From NCBI GenBank assembly GCA_020637555.1, contig JACKKF010000009.1, positions 13,835 to 77,834 on the forward strand: a stretch of 64,000 bases of DNA, in the 5' to 3' direction. This document shows, in pieces, positions 1 to 8,983 of this stretch (its first letter is position 1; every line of letters starts with the position of its first letter). This DNA is from Rhodobacter sp. GTDB taxonomy: Bacteria; Pseudomonadota; Alphaproteobacteria; Rhodobacterales; Rhodobacteraceae. Position numbers and translations under genes: made by a program. Below the pieces are notes generated by a model. It saw only the letters and a list, made by a program, of their open reading frames with translations. It did no database searches and had not been told where the DNA came from.

Positions 1-1092
1 GTCGAAGTCCATGCCGCGTTCGTCATGCAGCAGGCGCACCAGCTCGGGCCCGGCGATCGCGGGGTGGGTATCGTTCATCTGGATCGCCACCCGCGTCGGC
101 AAGGCGTTGAGATCGCTGTGCTCGGCCGAGAAACGGCGCAGGATGTCCCTGAGCGACGCGGCGGTGAAGAAGAACTCCTGCTTCAGACGCAGTTCCTTGC
201 CCTGGGTGGTGGTATCGTCGGGATAGAGCACGCGGCTGATGGTGCGGGCCAGGGCCTCGGGGGCGGCCGCCCCCTGGAAATCACCCTTGTTGAAGGCTGC
301 CAGATCGAAGGCCGACAGCGGTTCGGCCCCCCACAGGCGCAGCGTGTTGGCCCATTTGCCCTGCCAGCCGATGACGGGGGTGTCATAGGCCTTGGCGATG
401 ACGGCGTTGTCGGGGGTCCACACCGCCGAGCGTCCGTTTTCGGCCACCGCGCCGCCGAACCCGATGCGGAAGGCCGCTTCCGGGCGTTCGAATTCCCAGC
501 CGTGGGATTGGCGCAGCCAGTCCTCGGCCGTTTCCACCTGGCGGCCGTCGGGACCAAAGCTTTGCCGGAACAGGCCGTGTTCGTAGCGAATGCCATAGCC
601 ATAGGCCGGGCAGCCCAGGGTGGACATGGAATCGAGGAAACACGCCGCCAGACGTCCCAGCCCGCCATTGCCCAGCGCGGCATCGGGTTCGTCGTCCAGA
701 ACCGTGCGGAAGTCATGGCCCAGGCCCTGCACGGCCTCGCGCGCGGCCTCGGTCAGACCGATGTTCATGATCGCGTCTTCCAGCAGGCGCCCGATCAGGA
801 ATTCCATCGACAGGTAGTAGACCCGCTTCGACTGCGCCGCATAGGTGGCGCGTGTCGCCCGGAACCAGGGTTCGACGACACGGTCGCGGATCGCCAGCGT
901 CAGCGCCATGCGCATGTCATAGACGCTGGCGTGGGCCAGGTCCTTGCCCATCGAGAATTCCAGATGCTTGAGGATCGCTTCACGCAGATCGTTGGCGTTC
1001 ATGGGCAACATGTCCTTGCTGATCGCGGTTGGCAGCCAGCCGCTGAGGCTGCTGGTGCCTTTGTCGAACGTCATCGAACGAGTGGTTCTCAT
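1..1092 (-). CDS. glgP: glycogen/maltodextrin phosphorylase, first 364 codons (rest runs off the left edge)
   Basis: Absent from the ORF track because there is no stop in the window. Reverse translation from the ATG (cat at 1090-1092, AGGAGCAGG SD upstream) gives ..DEPDAALGNGGLGRLAACFLDSMSTLGCPAYGYGIRYEHGLF.., the hallmark GT35 phosphorylase motif. Confidence 0.85.
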   Translation of the reverse strand, partial: MRTTRSMTFDKGTSSLSGWLPTAISKDMLPMNANDLREAILKHLEFSMGKDLAHASVYDMRMALTLAIRDRVVEPWFRATRATYAAQSKRVYYLSMEFLIGRLLEDAIMNIGLTEAAREAVQGLGHDFRTVLDDEPDAALGNGGLGRLAACFLDSMSTLGCPAYGYGIRYEHGLFRQSFGPDGRQVETAEDWLRQSHGWEFERPEAAFRIGFGGAVAENGRSAVWTPDNAVIAKAYDTPVIGWQGKWANTLRLWGAEPLSAFDLAAFNKGDFQGAAAPEALARTISRVLYPDDTTTQGKELRLKQEFFFTAASLRDILRRFSAEHSDLNALPTRVAIQMNDTHPAIAGPELVRLLHDERGMDFD

Positions 1093-1244
1093 GTCCTGCT
1101 CCTGCCTTGGGCACCGTTTCGCGGGCCAGTTTGCCGGCACCCGACTGACGAAGTGCCCCATGCTGCCAATTTGCCGGGGAAAGGGGCCAAATCGGGGCAG
1201 GTCTGGGCAGGTTTGTTGACAAAAGCAGGGTATATTTGCAGCGT

Positions 1245-1269
1245 CCCGGGGCATTGTTCATGCCCCGGG
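1245..1269 (-). terminator. perfect 10-bp stem hairpin (CCCGGGGCAT-tgttc-ATGCCCCGGG) just downstream of the hydrolase stop
   Basis: Read directly from the sequence. No U-tract follows, so terminator function is tentative. Confidence 0.4.
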
Positions 1270-1280
1270 CGGCGGCAGGG

Positions 1281-1940
1281 TCAGCGGGTGGCCTCGGACA
1301 GGCGGCGCTTGACGTAGGTTTTCACGGTATCGAGCATGGGCTGCATGTGCGTCTCGTCGTCGCGGAAGAAATGGTCCGCGCCCTCGATCTCGGAATGCGT
1401 GATGGTGATGCCCTTCTGCTCATGCAGCTTGGCCACCAGATTGGCCACATCCTTGGGTGGCGCGACCCGGTCGGCCGATCCGTTGATGATGAGGCCCGAG
1501 GCCGGGCAGGGCGCCAGAAAGCTGAAATCATAGAGATTCGCCGGCGGCGCGACCGAGACGAAGCCGGTGATGTCCGGCCGGCGCATCAGCAACTGCATGC
1601 CGATCCAGGCGCCAAAACTGAAGCCCGCGACCCAGCAGTGCCGGGTGTTCTGGTTCATGCTTTGCAGATAGTCCAGCGCCGCCGCCGCGTCGCTGAGTTC
1701 GCCGATGCCCTGATCGTATTCGCCCTGCGACCGACCGACACCGCGAAAATTGAAGCGAAGAACGGAAAATCCCAGCGAATGAAAGGCATAGTGCAGGTTG
1801 TAGACGACCTTGTTGTTCATCGTCCCCCCGAATTGGGGGTGGGGGTGCAGCACGATGGCGATCGGGGCGTCGCGGTTCGGCTGGGGGTGGTAACGGCCTT
1901 CGAGGCGGCCATCGGGGCCGGCAAAAATGACTTCGGGCAT
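1281..1940 (-). CDS. alpha/beta-fold hydrolase (219 aa)
   Basis: Track ORF 1281..1940. Nucleophile-elbow-like GFSFGA motif and the typical layout HPHPQFGGTMNNKVV..RFNFRGVGRSQG.. Confidence 0.8.
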   Translation of the reverse strand: MPEVIFAGPDGRLEGRYHPQPNRDAPIAIVLHPHPQFGGTMNNKVVYNLHYAFHSLGFSVLRFNFRGVGRSQGEYDQGIGELSDAAAALDYLQSMNQNTRHCWVAGFSFGAWIGMQLLMRRPDITGFVSVAPPANLYDFSFLAPCPASGLIINGSADRVAPPKDVANLVAKLHEQKGITITHSEIEGADHFFRDDETHMQPMLDTVKTYVKRRLSEATR

Positions 1941-1988
1941 CCGCGGACCTTATGCTCGCTCACACGGGGTTCCGGCCTGCGCCCTTCC

Positions 1989-2028
1989 TTTGTTGACAAA
2001 AGAAGTCAGCATACCTAGAACGGTTCTA
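1989..2028 (+). promoter_or_regulatory. candidate sigma70-type promoter with two palindromic operator-like sites upstream of the Rrf2-suf operon
   Basis: TTGACA (1993-1998), 17 nt, TAGAAC (2016-2021). Near-palindrome TTGAC-N7-GTCAG (1993-2009). Perfect palindrome TAGAAC-g-GTTCTA (2016-2028) overlaps the -10 region. Confidence 0.3.
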
Positions 2029-2157
2029 AACTCTGTCCCGGCTCGCGCGGGCGGAGTCGGGTTCGGCAGGGTAGCAGTTAAGCAAAGGCCGGGTCATACG
2101 TCAATGTTTTTACGCCTTTCGCACCCGTCCGACGGGGCGTCGGGCAGGGGTTCGGGC

Positions 2158-2623
2158 ATGAAGCTGTCGACCAAGGGACGCTATGCGATGGTGGCGATGG
2201 TCGATCTGGCCATCTTGCAGCGCGGCTCGGGGGCTGCGCCACGTCTCGCTGGCCGAGATCGCGCGCCGGCAGGACGTGTCGCAGGCCTATCTCGAACAGT
2301 CGTTTGTCAAGCTGCGCCGCGCCGGGCTGGTTGAATCGGTGCGCGGCCCGGGCGGCGGCTACCGGCTGTCGCGCGACCCCGCCGACATCCGCGTGGCCGA
2401 GGTTCTGGAAGCGGTCGAGGAAACCGTCAACGCGCTGGAACTGGGTGCGGGCGCCTCGGGCGGGGTCTCGGGCAGCCAGGCGCAATCCATGACCAACCGC
2501 TTGTGGGAAAGCCTGTCGGCGCAGGTCTATGTGTTCCTGCACCAGACGACGCTGGCCGATGTGGCGGGCAACGGACTGAAACCCTGTCCCGCGGTGCCCA
2601 GCCTGTTCCGGGTAACGGCATGA
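2158..2623 (+). pseudogene. Rrf2-family (IscR-like) transcriptional regulator with a broken reading frame (or an assembly indel)
   Basis: MKLSTKGRYAMVAMVDLAILQRGSG lies in frame 1 from ATG 2158. ..HVSLAEIARRQDVSQAYLEQSFVKLRRAGLVESVRGPGGGYRLSR.. lies in frame 2 (ORF 2183..2623). The junction is near the G5 run at 2229-2233. Confidence 0.8.
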
Positions 2624-3687
2624 GCGCCCGGCTGTATCTGGACTGGAATGCCTCGGCCCCGCTGCGCCCCGAGGCCCGCGCGGCGATGATCGCGGCGATG
2701 GATCTGGTGGGCAATGCCAGCTCGATCCATGCCGAGGGGCGCGCGGTGCGTGGCCTCATCGAACAGGCGCGCGGCCAGGTGTCGCAGGCGCTGGGCGCGG
2801 ATGGCGCGGATCTGGTCTTTACCTCGGGCGCGACCGAGGCCGCGGCCCTGGCACTGGCCGGGCGCGATCTGTCCTGCGCGGCGGTCGAACATGATGCGGT
2901 GGCGGCCTGGTGCCGGGCGGATCTGCCGGTCGATGGTGCCGGGCGGGTCACGGTGGCCGACCCGGCCCGCGCGACACTGCAACTGGCGAATTCGGAAACC
3001 GGCATCGTGCAGGACCTGCCGCCGGGATTGGCGGTCAGCGACCTGACCCAGGCGTTCGGCAAGATTCCCATGGCGTTCAACTGGTTGGGCTGCGACATGG
3101 GGCTGGTGTCGGCGCACAAGCTGGGGGGACCCAAGGGGATCGGCGCGCTGGCGCTGACCCGGGGCCTGGACGTCGAGGCCCGCATCCGGGGCGGCGGGCA
3201 GGAAATGGGTCGCCGCGCCGGCACCGAGAATGTCATCGGAATCGCCGGGTTCGGCGCCGCGGCCGAGGCCGCCGCGCGCGATCTGGCCGATGGTGTCTGG
3301 GATGCGGTGGCCGAGGTGCGAAATACCCTGGAACAGGCTCTGGAAGACGCCTGTCCGGGGATTATCTTGACCGCCAAAGGTCATCCCCGACTGCCCAACA
3401 CGGTGCATCTGATCGCGCCGGGCTGGAAGGGCGAGACCCAGGTCATGGCGATGGACCTGCAGGGCTTTGCCGTTTCGGCGGGCTCGGCCTGCTCGTCGGG
3501 CAAGGTCTCGGTCAGCAAGGTCGTGCGGGCCATGGGCCGCCCCGAGGCCGAGGCGGGGTGCGCGCTCAGGCTCTCGATCGGGCCGGCGGTGACGCAAGAG
3601 GACGCGCTGCGCTTTGTCGCGGCTTATGCGCGGGCGTGGAAACGCGCGGGCGAACGGATGAAACAGGCGGGCACATCCCTTGCATGA
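2620..3687 (+). CDS. class V aminotransferase / cysteine desulfurase (NifS/IscS-like)
   Basis: The ATG at 2620 overlaps the Rrf2 stop (ATGA). Motifs: [22 protein letters not shown] (PLP lysine), [14 protein letters not shown] (active-site Cys loop). Confidence 0.85.
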   Translation: MSARLYLDWNASAPLRPEARAAMIAAMDLVGNASSIHAEGRAVRGLIEQARGQVSQALGADGADLVFTSGATEAAALALAGRDLSCAAVEHDAVAAWCRADLPVDGAGRVTVADPARATLQLANSETGIVQDLPPGLAVSDLTQAFGKIPMAFNWLGCDMGLVSAHKLGGPKGIGALALTRGLDVEARIRGGGQEMGRRAGTENVIGIAGFGAAAEAAARDLADGVWDAVAEVRNTLEQALEDACPGIILTAKGHPRLPNTVHLIAPGWKGETQVMAMDLQGFAVSAGSACSSGKVSVSKVVRAMGRPEAEAGCALRLSIGPAVTQEDALRFVAAYARAWKRAGERMKQAGTSLA

Positions 3688-3697
3688 GGGGCCTGCG

Positions 3698-5240
3698 ATG
3701 ACGAACGGGAACAGACCAATGGCGGCTATGGACAATTCGACCGAGGTTCGCGACGGCGTGGACCGCGAGACGGTGAACACCGTCCAGTCGATGGCCGGCA
3801 AATACAAATACGGCTGGGAAACCGAGATCGAGATGGAGTTCGCGCCCAAGGGCCTGAACGAGGACATCGTGCGCCTGATCTCGGAGAAGAACGGCGAACC
3901 GCAGTGGATGACCGACTGGCGGCTGGATGCTTTCCGTCGCTGGCAGCAGATGGAACAGCCCGACTGGGCGATGCTGGACATCCCCGAGATCGACTATCAG
4001 GACCAGTATTACTACGCCAAACCCAAGAGCATGGCGGCAAAGCCCAAATCGCTGGACGAGGTCGACCCCAAGCTGCTGGCGACCTATGAAAAGCTGGGAA
4101 TCCCGCTGAAGGAACAGATGATCCTGGCGGGTGTCGAGGGCGCCGAAACCGCGGCACCGCGCAAGGTCGCGGTCGATGCGGTGTTCGACTCTGTCAGCGT
4201 GGGGACCACCTTCAAGGAAGAGCTGAAGAAGGCCGGCGTGATCTTCATGCCGATTTCCGAGGCGATCCGCGAATACCCCGATCTGGTGAAGCAGTATCTC
4301 GGCTCGGTCGTGCCGGTGACGGACAACTTCTTTGCCACGCTCAACTCGGCGGTGTTTTCCGACGGGTCGTTCGTCTATGTGCCCAAGGGCGTGAAATGCC
4401 CGATGGAGCTGTCCACCTATTTCCGCATCAACGCCGAGAACACCGGCCAGTTCGAACGGACGCTCATCATTGCCGACAAGGGCAGCTATGTGAGCTATCT
4501 CGAGGGGTGCACCGCCCCCAAGCGCGACACCAACCAGCTGCATGCCGCGGTTGTGGAAATCGTCGTGCTCGAGGATGCCGAGGTCAAGTATTCGACCGTG
4601 CAGAACTGGTATCCCGGCGACGAGGAGGGCCGGGGCGGCATCTACAACTTTGTCACCAAGCGCGCCGACTGCCGCGAGGACCGCGCCAAGGTGATGTGGA
4701 CGCAGGTGGAAACCGGCAGCGCGGTGACGTGGAAATACCCGTCCTGCGTGCTGCGCGGCGAGGCGTCGCAGGGCGAATTCTATTCGATCGCCATCACCAA
4801 CAACTTCCAGCAGGCCGATACCGGCACCAAGATGATCCATCTGGGCAAGAACACGCGCTCGCGCATCGTGTCCAAGGGGATCAGCGCGCGGGCGGGCACA
4901 GAACACCTATCGCGGGCAGGTGTCGATGCACCCGCGCGCGACGCATTCGCGCAACTATACCCAATGCGACAGCCTGCTGATCGGCGACCGCTGCGGCGCC
5001 CATACCGTGCCCTACATCGAGGTGCGCAATGCCTCGTCGCGGGTCGAACACGAGGCGACGACATCGAAGGTGGACGATGACCAGCTCTTCTATTGCCGCC
5101 AGCGCGGCATGGGCGAGGAAGAGGCGATCGCCCTGATCGTCAACGGCTTTGCCAAGGAGGTGCTGCAAGCCTTGCCGATGGAATTCGCGATGGAGGCGCA
5201 GGCCCTGGTCGCGATCTCGCTGGAAGGGAGCGTGGGGTGA
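3698..5240 (+). pseudogene. sufB: Fe-S cluster assembly scaffold SufB, interrupted by a +1 frameshift near 4889-4898 (or an assembly indel)
   Basis: ORF 3680..5080 is SufB-like up to ..RIVSKGISA. The conserved C-terminus [51 protein letters not shown].. continues in another frame (4899/4920..5240). A GAGGGG SD precedes the ATG at 3698. Confidence 0.85.
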
Positions 5241-5437
5241 ACTACGGCGCCTTTTTCAAGGCCGAGCTGCGCACGCTCTGGGTCTTTTTCGCGGTGTTCA
5301 TGGTCGTGGGCATCGTGCTGGATCTGCTGGTCTACCGTGTTCCGGTGGCCTGGGGGTCGCGGCTCGCGGTCGCGTTGCTGGCCTCGGTCGTCTATGCAGC
5401 CGTGAATGCCTGGATGAAGATGAGGAAAGCCCGGTGA
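5237..5437 (+). CDS. small hypothetical membrane protein (66 aa, two hydrophobic helices)
   Basis: The GTG at 5237 overlaps the sufB stop (GTGA). GGAAGGGAG SD-like sequence upstream. Hydrophobic segments LWVFFAVFMVVGIVLDLLV and LAVALLASVVYAAV. Confidence 0.4.
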   Translation: MNYGAFFKAELRTLWVFFAVFMVVGIVLDLLVYRVPVAWGSRLAVALLASVVYAAVNAWMKMRKAR

Positions 5438-5574
5438 GCGAACGCGAGCCCCCTTGTGGTTGCTATCCCAGCGTCCCGCGCGACCTGACGCAGGTGCGGG
5501 GCGGCGGCTGGTGGCTGGCGCTGCCGCTGGGGTTGATCGTGGCACTGGGCCTCGGCCTCTGGGCACTGTCCTGA
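5434..5574 (+). CDS. small hypothetical membrane protein (46 aa)
   Basis: The GTG at 5434 overlaps the previous stop (GTGA). GAGGA sits 7 nt upstream. C-terminal TM segment [20 protein letters not shown]. Confidence 0.35.
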   Translation: MSEREPPCGCYPSVPRDLTQVRGGGWWLALPLGLIVALGLGLWALS

Positions 5575-5587
5575 CAGGAGATTTGGA

Positions 5588-5902
5588 ATGATCGTCACCA
5601 CCACCCCCACCATCGAAGGCCGCCCGATCCGCACCTATCACGGCATCGTCACGGGCGAGGCGATCATGGGGGCGAATGTCGTGCGCGATTTCTTCGCCTC
5701 GGTCACCGATATCGTCGGCGGGCGCTCGGGCGCCTATGAAAGCAAGCTTCAGGATGCGCGCCAGACCGCCCTGCGCGAGATGGAGGACCACGCTGCCCGC
5801 CTGGGGGCCGATGCGGTCGTGGGCGTCGATCTGGACTATGAGGTCGTGGGCAACTCGATGCTGATGGTTTCGGCCTCGGGCACCGCCGTGAGTTTTGGCT
5901 GA
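5588..5902 (+). CDS. YbjQ/UPF0145 family protein (heavy-metal-binding-like domain)
   Basis: [51 protein letters not shown]...[15 protein letters not shown] is the typical YbjQ pattern. AGGAG SD present. Confidence 0.85.
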   Translation: MIVTTTPTIEGRPIRTYHGIVTGEAIMGANVVRDFFASVTDIVGGRSGAYESKLQDARQTALREMEDHAARLGADAVVGVDLDYEVVGNSMLMVSASGTAVSFG

Positions 5903-5912
5903 GGAGGCCGCG

Positions 5913-6107
5913 ATGGACTGGAAATGGCTGCTCACCGCCAGCGAACCGCGCCCGCGCTATGTACTGCTGGTGGTGATCGGTGTCGTGTTGATGATGACGC
6001 TGACCTATCCGATCTGGCAGCCGGGCGGGCGGGGCATGGCGGTGTTCGTCGCGGTGGCCTCGGTGATCCTCAGCCATCTGTCCGCGAAATTCGTGATGCG
6101 CCGTTGA
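5913..6107 (+). CDS. small hypothetical membrane protein (64 aa, two TM helices)
   Basis: Strong GAGGAGG SD 5 nt before the ATG at 5913. Helices YVLLVVIGVVLMMTL and MAVFVAVASVILSHL. Confidence 0.5.
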   Translation: MDWKWLLTASEPRPRYVLLVVIGVVLMMTLTYPIWQPGGRGMAVFVAVASVILSHLSAKFVMRR

Positions 6108-6111
6108 TCCC

Positions 6112-6894
6112 ATGATCCAGACACAGACAGACCGGGGTGTGCCCGTCATCCGGCCCGAGCCGATGACCGACCGCCTGGCCGCCTGGAAAGGCGGCGCACC
6201 GCTTAGGCTGGCGCCGATGGAGGTGGTGCACGCCACCATCCGGCGCCGTCCGGTGGCCTTCTGTCTGAACATGGCCGATGACCCGATCCAGAACGCGCAT
6301 CGTCAGGGTCGCTTCTACGAGGCGCAGGATCTGGCGCGGCTCGCCACGCATGTGCCGCCGGGGGCGACGATCCTCGATATCGGGGCGAATGTCGGCAACC
6401 ACGCGCTTTATCTGGCCATGTTCACCGGCGCGCAACGGGTGGTGGTGGTCGAACCCAATCCCCTGGCGCTGGAACCCCTGGTCGCCAATGTGCTGGCCAA
6501 CCGGATGCAGGGGCTGATCGACCTGGATCACCTGGGCTTCGGCCTGGGGGACGCCGACAGCGCCGGCTGGGGCATGAAGAAGCACGACCGCAATCTGGGC
6601 GCGACCAGGATGTTCGCGGGCGCCGGCGATCTGGTGGTGCGCAAGGGCGATCATGCCTTTCCCGATCTGACGCCGGCCATCGTGAAGATCGATGTCGAGG
6701 GCATGGAACTGCCCGTGCTGCGCGGGCTGCAGGCGCTGATCGCCCGCGCCCGGCCGGTGATCTTCATCGAGGTGCACATCGACAACGCCGATGCCTTTGC
6801 CCGCTGGGCCGACCAGAACCGCTATGACACCGAAATCCTGAGCCGCGAGGCGAAGACGACGAACACCCTGCTGATCCCGCAGGACCGGAAGTGA
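6112..6894 (+). CDS. FkbM-family SAM-dependent methyltransferase
   Basis: ILDIGANVGNHALY..VVVVEPNP......KIDVEGMELPVLRG is the characteristic FkbM pattern. Confidence 0.8.
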   Translation: MIQTQTDRGVPVIRPEPMTDRLAAWKGGAPLRLAPMEVVHATIRRRPVAFCLNMADDPIQNAHRQGRFYEAQDLARLATHVPPGATILDIGANVGNHALYLAMFTGAQRVVVVEPNPLALEPLVANVLANRMQGLIDLDHLGFGLGDADSAGWGMKKHDRNLGATRMFAGAGDLVVRKGDHAFPDLTPAIVKIDVEGMELPVLRGLQALIARARPVIFIEVHIDNADAFARWADQNRYDTEILSREAKTTNTLLIPQDRK

Positions 6895-6905
6895 AAGAGG
6901 ACATG

Positions 6906-7664
6906 ATGCTGGAAATCAACAACCTGCACGTCAAGCTGGAAGACGAGGACAAGCAGATCCTCAAGGGTCTGACGCTGAGCGTCGAGGCCGGGTCTGTGCA
7001 CGCGATCATGGGGCCCAACGGTTCAGGCAAGTCGACGCTGAGCTATGTCCTGTCGGGCCGCGACGGGTATCAGGTGACCGACGGCACCGCCACCCTGGAC
7101 GGCGAGGACCTGCTGTCGATGGAACCCGAGGACCGCGCTGCCGCCGGCCTGTTCCTGGCATTCCAGTATCCGGTCGAGATCCCGGGTGTCGGCAACATGA
7201 CGTTCCTGCGCACCGCGCTGAATGCCCAGCGCAAGGCGCGCGGCGAACCCGAGGTCAGCGCCGGCGATTTCCTGAAGCTGGTCCGCGCCAAGGCCAGGGA
7301 TCTGAAGATCGACGCCGACATGCTGAAGCGCCCGGTCAACGTGGGGTTTTCGGGCGGTGAGAAGAAGCGCAACGAAATCCTGCAGATGGCGATGCTGCAA
7401 CCGCGCATGTGCATCCTGGACGAGACCGACTCGGGCCTTGATGTGGATGCGATGAAGCTGGTGTCCGACGGCGTGAACGCGCTGCGCGACGCCGGCCGGG
7501 CGTTCCTGGTCATCACCCACTATCAGCGGCTGCTGGACCATATCAGACCCGATGTCGTGCACATCATGGCCGCGGGCCGCATCGTCAAGACCGGCGGGCC
7601 CGATCTGGCGCTCGAGGTGGAACAGAACGGCTATGCCGACATCCTGGCCGAGGTGGGCGCATGA
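6906..7664 (+). CDS. sufC: Fe-S cluster assembly ATPase SufC
   Basis: MLEINNLHV.., Walker A GPNGSGKST, signature FSGGEKKRNEILQ, Walker B CILDETDSGLD. The start is chosen by AGAGGA SD spacing; the track ORF begins at GTG 6891. Confidence 0.95.
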   Translation: MLEINNLHVKLEDEDKQILKGLTLSVEAGSVHAIMGPNGSGKSTLSYVLSGRDGYQVTDGTATLDGEDLLSMEPEDRAAAGLFLAFQYPVEIPGVGNMTFLRTALNAQRKARGEPEVSAGDFLKLVRAKARDLKIDADMLKRPVNVGFSGGEKKRNEILQMAMLQPRMCILDETDSGLDVDAMKLVSDGVNALRDAGRAFLVITHYQRLLDHIRPDVVHIMAAGRIVKTGGPDLALEVEQNGYADILAEVGA

Positions 7665-8965
7665 ACGCGCACAGCCCCCGGGCGCAGCGACTGGCCGCGC
7701 GCCGTGCGGCGACGCAGGCACGCATCGACACGCTGTCGCCGCCCGCCGCCCCCGCCTGGGCCGCCCCCTTGCGGGCTGCCGCCTTTGCGCGGCTGGCCGA
7801 CATGGGCTTGCCCGAAAAGCGCGATGAATACTGGCGCTATACCGATCCGGCCCGGCTGACCGCCGCGTCGCCGCCCGAAGCCGACGTGTTCCGCGTCACC
7901 GACGAGCCGGCGATGTATGAGGGTGTCGATCGGTTGAAGCTGGTCTTTACCGATGGCGTCTTTGACGCCGATGCCTCGGATCCGGTGGCGGGCGAGGGGA
8001 TCGAGATCTCGCGCCTGGCCGAGGCCGCCGAAACCCCCTGGTCCCGCGACCTCTACGGCGCGCTCGAGGCGCGCGCGCAGGCGCCCGTGCCCCGCCCGAT
8101 GGCGGCGCTGAACACCGCGATGGCCACGGACGGCGTGCTGATCCGGGTGACGGGTGTGGTCAGCCGCCCGGTTTCGGTGATTTATCGGCGGACCGATCCC
8201 GCGGCCGAGGCGACGCTGCACCATCTGCTGCGGCTCGAGGAGGGCGCGGAACTGACGCTGCTGGAAAACGGTCCGGTCGCCGCGCGGTCCTCGATCGTGA
8301 TCGAGGCCGATCTGGCCGACAGGGCGGTCCTGCATCACATCCGCACCATGGGCCGCGACCATCAGCGCATCGCCGTGACCCATCTGTTCGCACGCCTTGG
8401 CGCGGATGCCCGGCTGAAAAGCTTCACCTTGTCGATGAACGGCGCGCTGGTTCGCAACGAGGCGATGCTGTGGCTGGACGGCAAGGGCGGCGTCGCGCAT
8501 GTCGCCGGGGCCGCGCTGGGGGACGGCGCCTTTCATCACGACGACACCGTTTTCATCGCCCATCGCGCCCCGGGCTGCGAAAGCCGTCAGGTGTTCAAGA
8601 AGGTGCTGCGCACCAACGCGATCGGCGTGTTCCAGGGCAAGATCCTGGTCGAACGCGCGGCCCAGCTGACCGATGGCTACCAGATCAGCCAGTCGCTGCT
8701 GCTGGACGAACGCAGCCAGTTCCTCGCCAAGCCCGAGCTGGAAATCTACGCCGACGACGTGAAATGCTCGCACGGGTCGACCTCGGGCGAGATCGACGCC
8801 GATCACCTGTTCTATCTGCGCGCCCGCGGTGTCCCCGAGGACGAGGCCAAGCTGTTGCTGGTTCTGGCCTTTCTCGCCGAGGCCCTGGACGAGATCGAGC
8901 GGGGCGAACTGGTCGAGGACATGCAGCAACGGCTGCGCGGCTGGCTGGAACGGCACAGCCACTGA
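7661..8965 (+). CDS. sufD: Fe-S cluster assembly protein SufD
   Basis: ATGA overlap with sufC. The C-terminal block ..ELEIYADDVKCSHGSTSGEIDADHLFYLRARGVPEDEAKLLLVLAFL is typical of SufD. Confidence 0.9.
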   Translation: MNAHSPRAQRLAARRAATQARIDTLSPPAAPAWAAPLRAAAFARLADMGLPEKRDEYWRYTDPARLTAASPPEADVFRVTDEPAMYEGVDRLKLVFTDGVFDADASDPVAGEGIEISRLAEAAETPWSRDLYGALEARAQAPVPRPMAALNTAMATDGVLIRVTGVVSRPVSVIYRRTDPAAEATLHHLLRLEEGAELTLLENGPVAARSSIVIEADLADRAVLHHIRTMGRDHQRIAVTHLFARLGADARLKSFTLSMNGALVRNEAMLWLDGKGGVAHVAGAALGDGAFHHDDTVFIAHRAPGCESRQVFKKVLRTNAIGVFQGKILVERAAQLTDGYQISQSLLLDERSQFLAKPELEIYADDVKCSHGSTSGEIDADHLFYLRARGVPEDEAKLLLVLAFLAEALDEIERGELVEDMQQRLRGWLERHSH

Positions 8966-8983
8966 CGGCGCCGAGAGGTTCAC

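Noticed and set aside
25-1317. 430-aa plus-strand ORF covering the left end of the window
   Set aside because: It is antisense to a clear glycogen phosphorylase coding sequence. The translation is Arg/Gly/Ala/Pro-rich with no motifs, a typical high-GC shadow ORF.
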